In this document: piece by piece, positions 37,082 through 50,200 of the stretch | Layout: every line of letters starts with the position of its first letter | Numbering within the stretch: the stretch's first letter is position 1 | Notes under the pieces: generated by a model | Databases searched by the model: none | Seen by the model: only the letters and a program-made list of their open reading frames with translations | Told to the model about the DNA's origin: nothing | DNA from: Macrostomum lignano | Lineage: Eukaryota | Assembly: GCA_002269645.1 (NCBI GenBank) | Contig: NIVC01001497.1 | Coordinates: forward strand, 1-64,000 | Direction: 5' to 3' | Length of the DNA stretch: 64,000 bases | Translations under genes and position numbers: made by a program

Positions 37082-40000
37082 ATGTGCACGCTGAAGCCGC
37101 ATCAAGTGGATTTCGATTTGGCCTGGAATAAACTGGTTCGCACCGTAGATCGCGTCCTACAATGCGAAGACGTTGCTAAGGAGACGTGGACCGATACATT
37201 CTTCACCATCTACAGTCTGTGCGTTGCTGCCCCGGAGCCCCACTGCGGCAGCCTGTACACGCATGTTAATAGCTTTCTACAGCAACACTGTCAGGCTGTT
37301 TTGCAGCGCTTAGACCAGGTGCCAGACGTTGAACTGCTGGCAGCTTATCACCGCAGTTGGCGCACCTATTACGACGGTTCCAGCTACCTGCACAGGCTAT
37401 TTCGCTATCTAAACGTGCATCACGTGCAGAAGAAGCAGCCAAGCGACGCCGATCTGTGCTACGGCGGCATGACCCGCAGCGCCGATGCCCACACTCTGGA
37501 GGTATTCGAGCTAGCTATGGACATCTGGTACCGGATGCTGCAGCAATTGGCGCCGCGGCTCTGCCCGCTGGTTCTAGCTCAAATCGAGCTCAGCCGCCGT
37601 GGCGTCAGCATAGACGGCAGCCGGCTTAGCAGCGTTGTCCAGTCATTTGTTGACGTGGTGCACTGGGACAGAAAGCGCTGTCTGACCTTCTACACTGAGC
37701 AGATTGAGCAGCTGCTGTTGGCCCAGACGGCCGAGTTTTACGCTGCCGAAGGGGATGCATTGTTTGCTAGGCAGCCGGTTCACCGCTACATTGAACTCGT
37801 GCTGCAGCTGCTGCGAGAGGACGGCGAACGGATGCAGGCCCTGCTGCACCCGAGCTCTGTGGATAAGGTGCGCCAAGAGGCTGAGCAAAAGTGAGTGAAT
37901 AACTACATGCTGATTTTGGAGACTTTGCTTGATGCCCCGCTGGAAAATAGGGAAGGATTTTGGTTCGGGTTTTTTTAGTTCGGATGGATCCGTTCAGTGG
38001 GAGAATATCCGGTCGTTTCTTCGGATATGTGACGCCAACTTTACATATCCCGACGTTTTGTTCGGATATTATAGTTCTGTATCCGGACGAAACGGCCCGA
38101 TGCGTAGATTGAATCCGGAGGTAAGTCCAGAAATTTTTGTCCGGATAAGTCACATATCCGGGTGGTAATCCGGATATTCGTCCGGAAAAATATCATATCT
38201 GGACATATCCGGCTGTTCATTCGGAAAAGTGCCCCTGTCCGGATCCGGATACGCTATATCCGAACCAAAAAATATCCGTCCCATTTTTTCCGCGGGTGCA
38301 TGCGATGTTCCTATCCTATCTTTCCTTCCTTTCTACTCCTATTCTTGAAATCCCCCTCTTCGCTGTCTCTGTAATCCACCTCTCCGCTCGTTTCAGTTTT
38401 TAATCCTCCACTTTCTCTCTCTTTCTCCCTCTCTCTCTCATCTCCCCTCCCTCTTTGTAATCCGCTCCGCTCCCTCTCCCTATGTTATTGTGCTACACAA
38501 TCGGAAGACATTTGATTTACCAATGTCTTCAATCCTGCAGGCTTGTTGAGAACTTCCTGCCGCAGCTGAATCAGGCCGCTGTCGGGTTTGTTGAGCAGGA
38601 AGAATCGACTAACCTGGCCAACCTGTTCCAACTCACCCGATCGCTGCCAGAGGGTCACAAGGAGCTCCGCAGGCTGTTTGAGGCGCATATCTGTTCAGCT
38701 GGAGAGCAGGCGCTGGCCACCGTTGGCTCGTCGGAGCCCGCCGCCGCTGCCCAGGAGTTTGTTGACGGCCTGAGACAATTGCACGAAAAGTTCAAAGCCT
38801 GGGTTAGGGGCACGTTTAACGACGATGCGCAGTTTGATCGGTCGCTTGATTTGGCACTATCGAAAGTTGTTAATCAGCTGGACGCTGCAGGTGATTTAAT
38901 TGCATTTGGTTATTGCTGTTTTGCTTGGCGGCTTTATGTCAGACTCTTCTGTGCAGCTTGTGTTCATAATGGATCAGCGAGTTAGGGAATGGTGATGCGG
39001 GTGATATATGTTGGTCACCACAATTGGGAGATTTGTTATGATGAAATTTTGCTTCCGTCTAACCAGACACGGAAGTGAAATCTTAATCTTCACTTCAAGT
39101 CTTAATCCGACTTGATAGGGTGAGATTTTGATTCTCTCGGACTATATGGGTGTGATTTTGATTCTCTCGGACTAGATAGAGTGAGATTTTGATTCTATCG
39201 GACTAGATAGGGTGAGATTTTGATTCTCTCGGACTAGATAGAGTGAGATTTTGATTCTATCGGACTAGATAGGGTGAGATTTTGATTCTCTCGGACTAGA
39301 TAGAGTGAGATTTTGATTCTCTCGGACTAGATAGGGTGAGATTTTTATTCTCTCGGACTAGATAGAGTGAGATTTTGATTCTATCCGACTAGATAGGGTG
39401 AGATTTTGATTCTATCCGACTAGATAGGGTGAGATTTTGATTCTATCCGACTAGATAGGGTGAGATTTTGATTCTCTCGGACTAGATGGGGGAGATTTTG
39501 ATTCTCTCGGACCAGATAGAGTGAGATTTTGATTCTATCCGACTAGATAGGGTGAGATTTTGATTCTCGGCCTAGGTGTGTGTGATTTTGATTCTCTCGG
39601 ACTAGATAGAGTGAGATTTTGATTCTATCCGACTAGATAGGGTGAGATTTTGATTATCTCGGACTAGATAGGGGAGATTTTGATTCTCTCGGACTAGATA
39701 GAGTGAGATTTTGATTCTATCCGACTAGATAGGGTGGGATTTTGATTCTCTCGGACTAGATAGGGTGAGATTTTGAGTCTCGGACTAGGCATGGGTGAGA
39801 TTTTGATTCTCTCGGACCAGATGGGTGAGATTTTGATTCTCTCGGACCAGATGGGTGAGATTTTGATTCCATCCACCTACTTACAATGCGCCAGGCAAGA
39901 AGCAGTGCAAGTCGCCCGAGCTGCTCGCCCGATACGTTGACGCAATGCTGCGCAAATCATCCAAAGCCGTTAGCGACAGCGAATTGGAGGAGAAGCTCAG

Positions 40001-43000
40001 CCAGTGCATCGGCATCTTTAAATACGTCGAAGACAAGGACGTATTCCAGCGGCACTATCAGCGCCTGCTATCCAAACGGTTGATCCTGGGCGTGTCGCAC
40101 TCGTCCGAGGCCGAGGAGGGCATGATCTCTAAGCTGAAGTCTGCCTGCGGCTACGAGTTCACTTCCAAATTTCAGCGCATGTTTCACGATGTCCGGCTGT
40201 CCGAGTCGCAGTCGTCCGATTTTGCCGACGCGCACGGACGCGACGCTCTGGGCATCTCTCTGCACGTGTTCGTGCTGACCCAGGGCGCCTGGCCTCTGCA
40301 GGCGTCGAATACGCCGTTTCCCAGGCTGCCCAGCCCGCTGGAGCGCGGGGTGACGCTGTTTCAGCGGTACTATACTAATAAGTTCCAGGTAAGTAAAGCT
40401 TGTTCTGGTGAAGTACAGAATTCCTTAACATTCCAATGTAAAACCGAAAGCCATGAATTTGAACTCGCAAGTCGGGAGTCCCGAACTCACGTTATTATTT
40501 ATTAGAGGCAGAGGGCTGTGTACACCTTGGCGCACTTTAAGCGACATTGTCACACAACCGGCGAGAGGCATTGCCGCCCATTCCGCCGACTCCCCTGAGC
40601 AGGCACACAAGCGCGCGGATACGTACGCAGTCATACGCACAGGCACACACTCACACAGGAGTGTACAGCGGCCCTAACTTTACAGTGCCTTGAGGGTTGG
40701 CCCTCAAAGGCGTTAATTGCACGAGCAGAGCCAAGCCGAGATTCCAATTTAGCCCCAAATAATGCGACTGCACTTGGAATCGAGCCTGGGCCGCTGGCGC
40801 ATCAGAGCGCCGCGCTAGACCATTGGGCTGCAACCCCCCCCCCGTTACTGAACTCGCAGTCAGGAATCCCGAACTTGCAGTCAGGAATCCCGAAGTCGCA
40901 GTCAGGAATCCCGAAGTCACAGTCAGGAATCCCGAACTCACAGTCAGGAATCCCGAACTTGCAGTCAGGAATCCCGAAGTCACAGTCAGGAATTCCGAAG
41001 TCACAGTCAGGAATTCCGAAGTCACAGTCAGGAATTCCGAAGTCACAGTCAGGAATCCCGAAGTCACAGTCAGGAATCCCGAAGTCACAGTCAGGAATCC
41101 CGAACTCGCAGTCAGGAATCCCGAAGTCACAGTCAGGAATTCCGAAGTCACAGTCAGGAATCCCGAAGTCACAGTCAGGAATTCCGAAGTCACAGTCAGG
41201 AATTCCGAAGTCACAGTCAGGAATCCCGAACTCGCAGTCAGGAATCCCGAAGTCACAGTCAGGAATCCCGAAGTCACAGTCAGGAATCCCGAAGTCACAG
41301 TCAGGAATCCCGAAAGCAGTTGCAGTCTATAAACACACAAAAAGCTGTCCTCCCCATTCCACTAGGGCCGGCGCCTCACCTGGCTGCATGCGCACGGCAC
41401 AGCCGACATGAAGCTGAAGTTCAGTCGCACCTATTCGGCTACTGTTGGCGCAGCCCAGGCCATCCTGCTGCTGCAGTTCAACGACCTGCCAGCTAGCCGG
41501 ACCCTGTCGCTAGCCGATCTGGCTAACGCAGTCGGTGTCGGCGAGGCCGAACTGCAGCGCTGCCTGGCCCCCCTCATCGACTGCGGCATCCTGCAGGCCG
41601 ACGCGACTGGCCAGCAGCTGCACGTCAATCAGGAGTTTCACAGCAAGCGGTCGCGACTCCGGGTCCTGCCTGCGCCAGCCAAGGAGGCCGAGAAAGAGCA
41701 GGAGCGTGTCGCCTCCCAGATTCAGGAGGATCGAAAATTCTTCCTGCAGGCGGCGATTGTGCGGATTATGAAGGATCGAAAACGGCTTAACTTTAATAGC
41801 CTTACTCAGCTGGTTAGTCTCATGTTTCGAGCTTAATACTGTAGCATGTTGTTTAACTTGCCCCGTGTCCTTAGCTAATTAGTCTCACCTTTGATGCCCC
41901 CGTGTCCTTAGCTAATTAGTCTCACCTTTGATGCCCCCGTGTCCTTAGCTAATTAGGCTCACCTTTGATACCCTTGTATCCTTAGCTAATTAGGCTTACC
42001 TTTGATGCCCCGTGTCCCTAGATAATAAGGCTCACTTTTGATACCCTTGTATCCTTAGCTAATTAGGCTCACCTTTGATACCCTTGTATCCTTAGCTAAT
42101 TAGTCTCACCTTTGATACCCTTGTATCCTTAGCTAATTAGGCTCACCTTTGATACCCTTGTATCCTTAGCTAATTAGTCTCACCTTTGATACCCTTGTAT
42201 CCTTAGCTAATTAGGCTCACCTTTGATACCTCTGTATCCTTAGCTAATTAGGCTCACCTTTGATACCTCTGTATCCTTAGCTAATTAGGCTCACCTTTGA
42301 TACCTCTGTATCCTTAGCTAATTAGGCTCACCTTTGATACCTCTGTGTCCTTAGCTAATTAAGGCTCACCTTTGATACCTCTGTATCCTTAGCTAATTAG
42401 GCTCACCTTTGATACCCTTGTATCCTTAGCTAATTAGGCTCACCTTTGATACCTCTGTATCCTTAGCTAATTAGGCTCACCTTTGATGCCCCAGTGTCCC
42501 TAGATAATAAGGCTCACCTTTGATACCCTTGTATCCTTAGCTAATTAGTCTCACCTTTGATGCCCCCGTGTCCTTAGCTAATTAGTCTCACCTTTGATGC
42601 CCCCGTGTCCTTAGCTAATTGGTCTCACCTTTGATGCCCCCGTGTCCTTAGCTAATTGGTCTCACCTTTGATGCCCCCGTGTCCTTAGCTAATTAGGCTC
42701 ACCTTTGATGCCCCCGTGTCCTTAGCTAATTAGTCTCACCTTTGATGCCCCCGTGTCCTTAGCTAATTGGTCTCACCTTTGATGCCCCGTGTCCTTAGCT
42801 AATTAGGCTCACCTTTGATGCCCCGTGTCCCTAGATAATAAGGCTTATACTTTCTCTCCTTACTCCTACTTATCAATAACTGCAACCCGCAGGTGCTGGT
42901 GCAGACAACTCCCAGGTTCAAGCCGGAGGTGAAGATGATCAAGACCTGCATAGAGAGTCTCATTGAGAAGGAATACTTGACCAGATCTCAGGCCAAGCTA

Positions 43001-43024
43001 GACGAGATCAGCTACAACGGTTAA
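37082..43024 (+). CDS. cul2: Cullin-2, 5 exons, 743 aa
   Basis: Exons 37082-37890, 38541-38890, 39895-40388, 41366-41812, 42893-43024 sum to 2232 nt in phase. CUL2-type N-terminus LKPHQVDFDLAWNKL..IYSLCVAAPEP; KSPELLARYVD; DKDVFQRHYQRLLSKRLI; neddylation motif QAAIVRIMKDRK; IESLIEKEYL. Confidence 0.95.
37932..38301. mobile_element. CpG-rich palindromic MITE in cul2 intron 1
   Basis: Inverted ends atgccccgctggaaaatagggaaggattttggttcgg / ccgaaccaaaaaatatccgtcccattttttccgcgggtgcat; many internal atccggat palindromes. Confidence 0.65.
39110..39870. repeat. 31-bp minisatellite in cul2 intron 2
   Basis: Unit ggactagatagggtgagattttgattctctc. Confidence 0.95.
40640..40848 (-). mobile_element. tRNA-derived SINE-like element in cul2 intron 3
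   Basis: Minus strand ggggttgcagcccaatggtctagcgcg (A-box) ... ggctcgattcc (B-box), then tttggggct ... gggccgctgtacactcctgtgtgagtg. The last motif also occurs at ~26935-26960. Confidence 0.5.
40848..41312. repeat. 21-bp minisatellite in cul2 intron 3
   Basis: Unit gtcacagtcaggaat(c/t)ccgaa, about 22 copies. Confidence 0.95.
41860..42845. repeat. ~37-bp minisatellite in cul2 intron 4
   Basis: Unit ccttagctaattaggctcacctttgat(a/g)ccc(t/c)(t/c)gt(a/g)t, about 26 copies. Confidence 0.95.
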
Positions 43025-44069
43025 TACACAGAGGCAGATACACTGTACTGCAGTATCTACAATCTAAAAGAAGAACTTAGCAGCTAGCAGTTTGTTGTCA
43101 GGCAGGGCTTACTAAACCTACTGTTTTATTACATGTAGATTGTCGTTTGCGCGTTCGCACCGTGTTTGGGTTATTATGAATAATTAACCGTAACCAATGA
43201 CTATAGAATAATGGGGCTGTAGTTAATAGCTACATAGCAATCAATACTGTTGTTTGGGTATTGTATTAACGCTAACAGTACAATAAACTTTATTTGTATA
43301 GCTAATTGCATAGATACAGGAAATATCTACTGTACCTCTATTATACCGTATAAAGCGCTCTGAGGAACGTGTAACAGCGTTGAGGAAGAGGAGAAAGCGA
43401 TGTTTTTAGTTTTATTCAACGCCATCTATTTAGAATTTCATATTTAACTGATCCGCCGTCTTGCGTATGCCCTCCTGTACTTGGCTGGCTTGATTATTAT
43501 GAATTTGCGAAAAATAATGCTTTGTAATGATTCAATTTATTCCAGCAGACTAATTTATTATCAAATATTTTCTTGTGTTTCTACTTTCTTTTTTTATAAA
43601 AAAGTTTGTACTACTTTGCTAGTCCGTTTCTAGCATACTTTGATGCTACTATCAGTAGCAACTAGCGAATGCATATTTCCTAGCAGGTTTAGTGTATTGA
43701 AGGTTAGGAATAAAAAGAATTTTCCATATTCAACGGATTTCGTTGGGTAAGTTGAACTTTTCCCCTATTAGTACTCGTAGGCAAGTTTCAAAAATCTTTC
43801 TAACTGCCCATCAATTTCTCTCTGTGCGCATGAGTAGGCAGCCTTCCATCTCCTTTAAGATCCCTACGTGTACTAAAAATTTGTGCACGCTTCGCTGCAC
43901 CCGTCCGTCCCTCACGCCATGGGGCGCTTCTAATCAGGACGCTACGATGGATGGAATAATGTTATTAGATCAAAGCCTAGGCGTATGTTAATGCAGAGGG
44001 ACTTTTTTCTAGCACGTCTTGGATAAGCCTTTTAAATCCTTTCTATCAACGCTGTGTGCTACTTAAGTC

Positions 44070-44285
44070 TATGAAGATGGCGGCGCTTATTTCCCGTGAA
44101 GCTCGAGATTAAGATAGCGGGGAGAAATTTGCGTGGGTGTTTCGTGTTCTAGCCAATGAGGGAATGCGTAGAGCTTGTTCAGCAATCTTACATGGCCTAT
44201 ATATATCTGGGCTTTAAGCACTGGTTTAGCATTGTCGGCACTCCTAAGTATTCCTGTTCAATTCAGCCGGAACTTCTCTATGTAA
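44070..44285 (+). promoter_or_regulatory. Candidate TRPM promoter and non-coding first exon
   Basis: YY1-like AAGATGGCGGC at 44074-44084, CCAAT at ~44154, and a donor tat|gtaagt at ~44282. An acceptor ctatttcag lies ~55 nt upstream of the TRPM ATG. Inference only. Confidence 0.3.
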
Positions 44286-45829
44286 GTACTTATATAATTA
44301 GTTTTGCCTGAATAATTTGGGTTTGTATCGCCATTGACGTTTTATATTGGACGCCATAGACATTCAAGCCAGGCCACACAGATCACACCCTAGTCATAGA
44401 CTTGAGCAGTTTAGCTAAGTCAACTGAGGGAGGCTTGGCCATAGACTATAACCTGGACATTCAATATGGGAATCGGACTGAGATTTTATAGCTCTCTGTC
44501 CCTCCATCCCCTGTTTGCTCGTCTTTGGCCTGAAAGCGACCCAATTCAATGGCGCCACGAATTCCTGTAGTAGATCGCCAGCGGCTGATTTGATGCGATT
44601 ATTAAATAAGGGTCATCCATCGCAGCAGCTGCAAGATCTTTCAAATCAAGTAAACAACCGCATTCTGAATCGCTGCCAACTTTCGACTCGATGGCAGAGT
44701 GGAATCCCATCCTCGCGGTGGTCAGAAAGGATTGTGCAAGGCCGATCAGGAAATGAGAGAATTCTTGGTTGAGAAACTCTATAAAATCCTTTCGATGAGA
44801 CGCTCAAGGAAATGTCTGAACTGCTGACCGAGCGCTTTCCCCGTGCAGTTGCATGTTCACTTTTAAATATTCCAGTAGCCCTGAGATATAAAAAATACGT
44901 TAAATAAGGCGAATTCCCGTTTTGAATGGCTTTTTTCCCATTTTGATTGTCCATTCCACATTCCTATGGTTGTGCATTCCCAAGCAGCCGTCAAAAGCGA
45001 TAGCACCCGTTTCAAAGAGCCTGATGGTACCGACTGGACAGAGAAGACTGATAAGGAGGTTTGGATAGATAATTAAACTGGAAAAGCAGTGACGTGATGA
45101 ATTGCGTACTTGGGTGAAAGTCTATATTACAGTGTACAGTAGAATGTACAGCCAAGTCTGCGTATACTCGTAGTAAAGTCTTGGCATAACTGAGTGTTGA
45201 AGTGGCAGCGATAGTCTATGGCCAGCCCTGCTGACCAGGCCGGTAGGAACGAGATCTTTGTTATCAATGATTTTCCGGCTTCGGAGTGAAAAGTTTAACG
45301 GCGCTTCATTGAATTGAGAATAATCATTTTTTGAGACATTTTATTTCAATAATTAACGTTTGAGATTTGAGAAGCTAGTTTGAGCCGCTTCTTGAATATT
45401 TGATTTGCTTGTTTTCGACTAGGCTCTATAGGATTAGTAATACGGATTAGTTGGGAAAATTTCTTCGACTGTTCGCTCTGTGTGATGATGCGTGATTGTT
45501 TTGTTTTTTTAGCCTGCTTTGGGGAATTATTTTTTGTATGAAAAAATCTTTGCTGAATAATTGAACTGAAATTTATTGAAGGCAGGAATATATTTGATGC
45601 ATTCGAGCGCGCAGCCTACTAAGATGCATCATTTTTTCTTTGTACACCTGCTGACACCCACTCTCTCCATCTCTGTCACCTGGTCTCCTGTTTATTTTTC
45701 TTAAAATAGCTCAAAATTTCTTGTTTTTCTTCAGTTTTGTAGATTAATTCCTGTACCAATAAAATTTACCAACTTGCTGAGGACAACCTATTAAGAGACA
45801 GCTACTCCTGCTCCAAAACGTATTACTCT

Positions 45830-46130
45830 ACTCTAAGACGTACTCAAAACTACTCTTAAGCGTACTCAAAACTACCCTAAGACGTACTCAAAACTAGTCT
45901 AAAGAGGTACTCAAAACTAGTCTAAAGAGGTACTCAAAACTAGTCTAAAGAGGTACTCAAAACTAGTCTAAAGAGGTACTCAAAACTAGTCTAAGAGGTA
46001 CTCAAAACTAGTCTGAAGAGGTACTCAAAACTAGTCTAAGAGGTACCATTTTTAGTATATTGGAAGTACTCAAAACTACTTTAAGACGCGCCAAAAACTA
46101 CTCTAAAACGTACTCAAAGATTCCCGAGAA
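45830..46130. repeat. ~23-bp tandem repeat
   Basis: Unit ggtactcaaaactagtctaaaga with degenerate flanking copies. Confidence 0.9.
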
Positions 46131-46295
46131 CTAGTCAGAGCTAATTGCTACTGTAGATTTTCTTATTGCCAGAACAATTGATTATTTTAAAAGTGCAAGC
46201 TTACAAACAAAGTTGATTCTATTTTGATCCTATTTCAGTAATCCCTCGCCCGGTAGCTGACAGCGAGGCTTTTAGCCTCCCCGCAATCACTCAGA

Positions 46296-46855
46296 ATGGA
46301 AGACGCCGAGCTCTACCAGGATTGCCTGTCCGGCGCCCCATCAACTGTGCTTACAGAATCAGTGAGTAGCAGCAGTCGCAGCAGTTCAAATGACAAATGG
46401 ATCGAGCGGAACATCTCTAAACTGGAGTGCGTCCGATTCACCCCCGTCGCGGCCGATCTGGCCAAGTGCCAGTGCGGCAAGCCGCTGTCCGAGCACCCGC
46501 ACGGCCTGCCGAGGTCCACAACAGCTTGGGCTTCGGCCAGCCATACCGAGGCCTCGCCAACCGATGCCTACGGAGTGATCGAGTTTGTTAGCGGGCCGCA
46601 TCCAACCAGGGCGCATTACATTCGGGTGGCCGCCAACACGCAGCCTGAGCAGCTGCTGCACATTCTCACCAGGGTCTGGCGACTCCGCCTGCCTAAGCTG
46701 GTGCTGACAGTGCATGGCGGCATTCAGAACTTTGAACTGCAGCCGAAGCTTAAAAAGGTTGTGCTAAATGGTATATTGAAAGCGGCTAAGACTACGGATG
46801 CTTGGGTGATCTCTACCGGTTTGGACAACGGGATATCCAGGTATGTTCCTTACTC

Positions 46856-46898
<43 letters not shown>

Positions 46899-46933
46899 TA
46901 GTGTCTATCTGTCTGTCTGTCTGTCTGTCTTAG

Positions 46934-46982
<49 letters not shown>

Positions 46983-46985
46983 TAG

Positions 46986-47069
<84 letters not shown>

Positions 47070-47097
47070 GGTCTGTCTGTCTGTCTGTCTGTCTGTC

Positions 47098-47159
<62 letters not shown>

Positions 47160-47160
47160 C

Positions 47161-47218
<58 letters not shown>

Positions 47219-50200
47219 GTGTCTTGTGGATGTGGATCTTCTCGGCAGCTTACAGAGCTCATACCTTGTACTAACCCTGTTTCCCAGATACGTAGGCGAG
47301 TCAATCAGCGAGGAGATTCACATGAAGAAGCACCGGATCGCCGCCATCGGCATCGCACCCTGGGGCGTCATCCGCGACCGGGAACAGCTGATTGGCCGAA
47401 ATCGGACCTGCAAATACTTCGCAATCAGCTCGTCTAGCAAGGCCCTGTCCGTGTTGAACAGGTGTCACAATTATTTCATCCTGGTTGACGACGGCCAGTC
47501 AAATGTCTATGGCACGGAGATCCAGCTGCGCAGGGCCTTCGAGCGGCACCTGTGCTCGATGCGGCTGGACAAGTCCAGATTCGGCGTCGGCCTGGACCGC
47601 GTGCCCGTTGTTGCCACGCTGATCGAAGGCGGAGCCAACGTGTTCCGGCACGTGCTGGATCTGACGCTGGACCGGCGCCCCATTCCCGTGGTTGTGTGCG
47701 ACGGTAGCGGCCGGGCTGCCGACATTCTCGCTTTTATACACAAGAACGGGGAGCAGGTGCGCGCTCGGGGCCATTGTTCGTTGGGCTAGATAGTATTTAA
47801 TTATGCTTGATTTTTATGCTTAGATTAATGCAGAAATTAATTAGTTTATTGATTACTCGACTAATGTACTGATTTATTTATTGATTGCATGACAGCTTGT
47901 CAAATGACTGATTAACCGATCCAGTGATTGATTGATTGATTGATCCAATGATTGATTGCATAATCCAGTGATAGATTTATTGATCAAATGAGTGATTGAT
48001 TTATCCAGTGATTGATTTATTGATCAAATGAGTGATTGATTTATCCAGTGATTGATTGCTTAATCCAGTGATGGATTTATTGATCCAGTGATTGATTGAT
48101 TAATCAAATGAGTGATTAATTGATTGATACAATGATGGACTTATTGATCCAGTGATGGATTTATTGATCCAGTGATTGATTGCTTTATTGATCCTATGAT
48201 TGATTGATTGATCGATTGGTCCTATGATTGATTGATTAATTGATCCAGTGATTGATTGATTTTATCAACAAATAATTGATACAATGATTGTTATATCGAT
48301 TACTCGTAGTTTGTTGACTAATGCGTTTTTATCTTAAGGATAAGTTAATAAAGGATTAAAAAACCTTCTTTACCGTAGGAAAATAAATTGATAAACAGGC
48401 CACATATTTTTCCAGGCTTTCTATATTTGTAGTTAGAGTACAATTAAGTACATTCCGCCCTATCCAGGTGCTGAACTGTACAGCCCTGGCCGATCAGATA
48501 GTCGATCTAATCCGAGACAAGTTCCGCTTGGCCAGAAGCAAGGCTCTAGCCGTATTCAGCGAGATCCGCGTCTGCCTGCAAGGCCCCGGCCGCGACCTGG
48601 TGTCCGTGTTCCGCCTCGGCGAAGGCCGCTTCAAAGACGTAGACGACGCCATCTTGACCTCGCTATTGAGCTCGCATCACCTGTCGCACAGCAGCCAGCT
48701 GAAGTTGACCATGGCCTGGAATAGGGTCGATCTGGCCCGCTCCCACCTGTTCCAGTACGGCCAGGACTGGCGATCAGCTGATCTGGAACGGGCCATGATG
48801 GAAGCCCTGATGAATAACAGAATTGAATTTGTTAAGCTGCTGCTAGAATGGGGCGTCAATGTTGAGAGATTCCTCACCCGCCTGCGGCTGGAGGACCTGT
48901 ACACATTCTGCCTGTTTGGCGATGAGACTAAAGGCTTGGGCAAGTATCTGCGATTCCTATTGAAACAGACGCTGGCTAAGTTTTCTAAGAAACAGCAGCG
49001 AGTGTCGCTATATCTGATTGGCCGCCTGGTCCAGGAGCTGATCGGTGGCGGCTTTGTGCATGAGTACACCCGCCGGTTCTGTCTGGCCAAGGCTGCCGTC
49101 AGATCCGCTAGCGGCGCCCTGCCGCCCGACGCTGCTGCCGGCGCTACAGGGGGTCTGGCCTCCGAGCAGGTGAGCACAAGATGCACGAAAAAGATAATTA
49201 TGGGATTTTGAAAATCTGAGAGAGTCTAGGCCTAGTGTGATTTTGATAAATCTAGACTAAGGGGATATCGGGATTTTGAGATTAGGAAATCTAGGATAAA
49301 ACTAAAGTATGATTTGGGAATCTAGGACGTGATTAAGATCTGTGTGTGGGATTGTGAAATCTAGGATGAGATTAGAACTCTTTAGTGGGATTAATGATAT
49401 CCAGGGATGAGATTAGAGATCTGTGGTGGGATTGGGATATCTAGGATGAGATTAGATTTCTGTAGTGAGATTGCGAAATCTAGGATGAGATTAGAGACCT
49501 GGGGTAGGATTGAAGATGAGATTTAAAGATCCGAAGTGGGATTTGGATACCTTGGATAAGATTAGAGATCTATGGTGGGATATGGATATCTAGAATGAGA
49601 TTAAAGATCTTTACTAAGATTAGAGATCTGTGGTGAGATTAAGAAAAATTAGGATGATATTTGAGATCTGGAGTGAGATTGCAAATTCTAGGATTACCGA
49701 GATTAGAGATCTGTGGTGGGATGGCAATATCTAGGGGTGAGATTAGAGATCTGTGGTGGGATGGGTATACCTAGGATGCATCTCATGAGATAGAGATCTG
49801 TGGTGAGATTAGAGATCTGGGGTGAGATTTCAAATTCTAGGATTGCCGGAGTTAGAGATCTAAGGTATGATTTAGACATCTAGGATGATATTACAGATCT
49901 GTGGTGAGATTGTAAAGGGATGAGATTAGAAATTTGTGGTGGAATTGGGATACCTAGGGATGGGATTAGAGATCTGTGGTGGGATCGGGATATCTGGGGA
50001 TGAGATTAGAGATCTGTAGTGAGATTGAGAAATCTAAGACGAGATTAGAGATCCAGAGAGAGATTTGAAAATCTAAGAGGAGATTCTAAATCTAGGATGT
50101 GATTAGGAAATCTAGTTTTAGAATAATTAATGTAAAATTTGGAACCAATGAGATGAGAGATGAGAGAGTTTAGATTAGAAAATTTTGTACCGGGCATAAG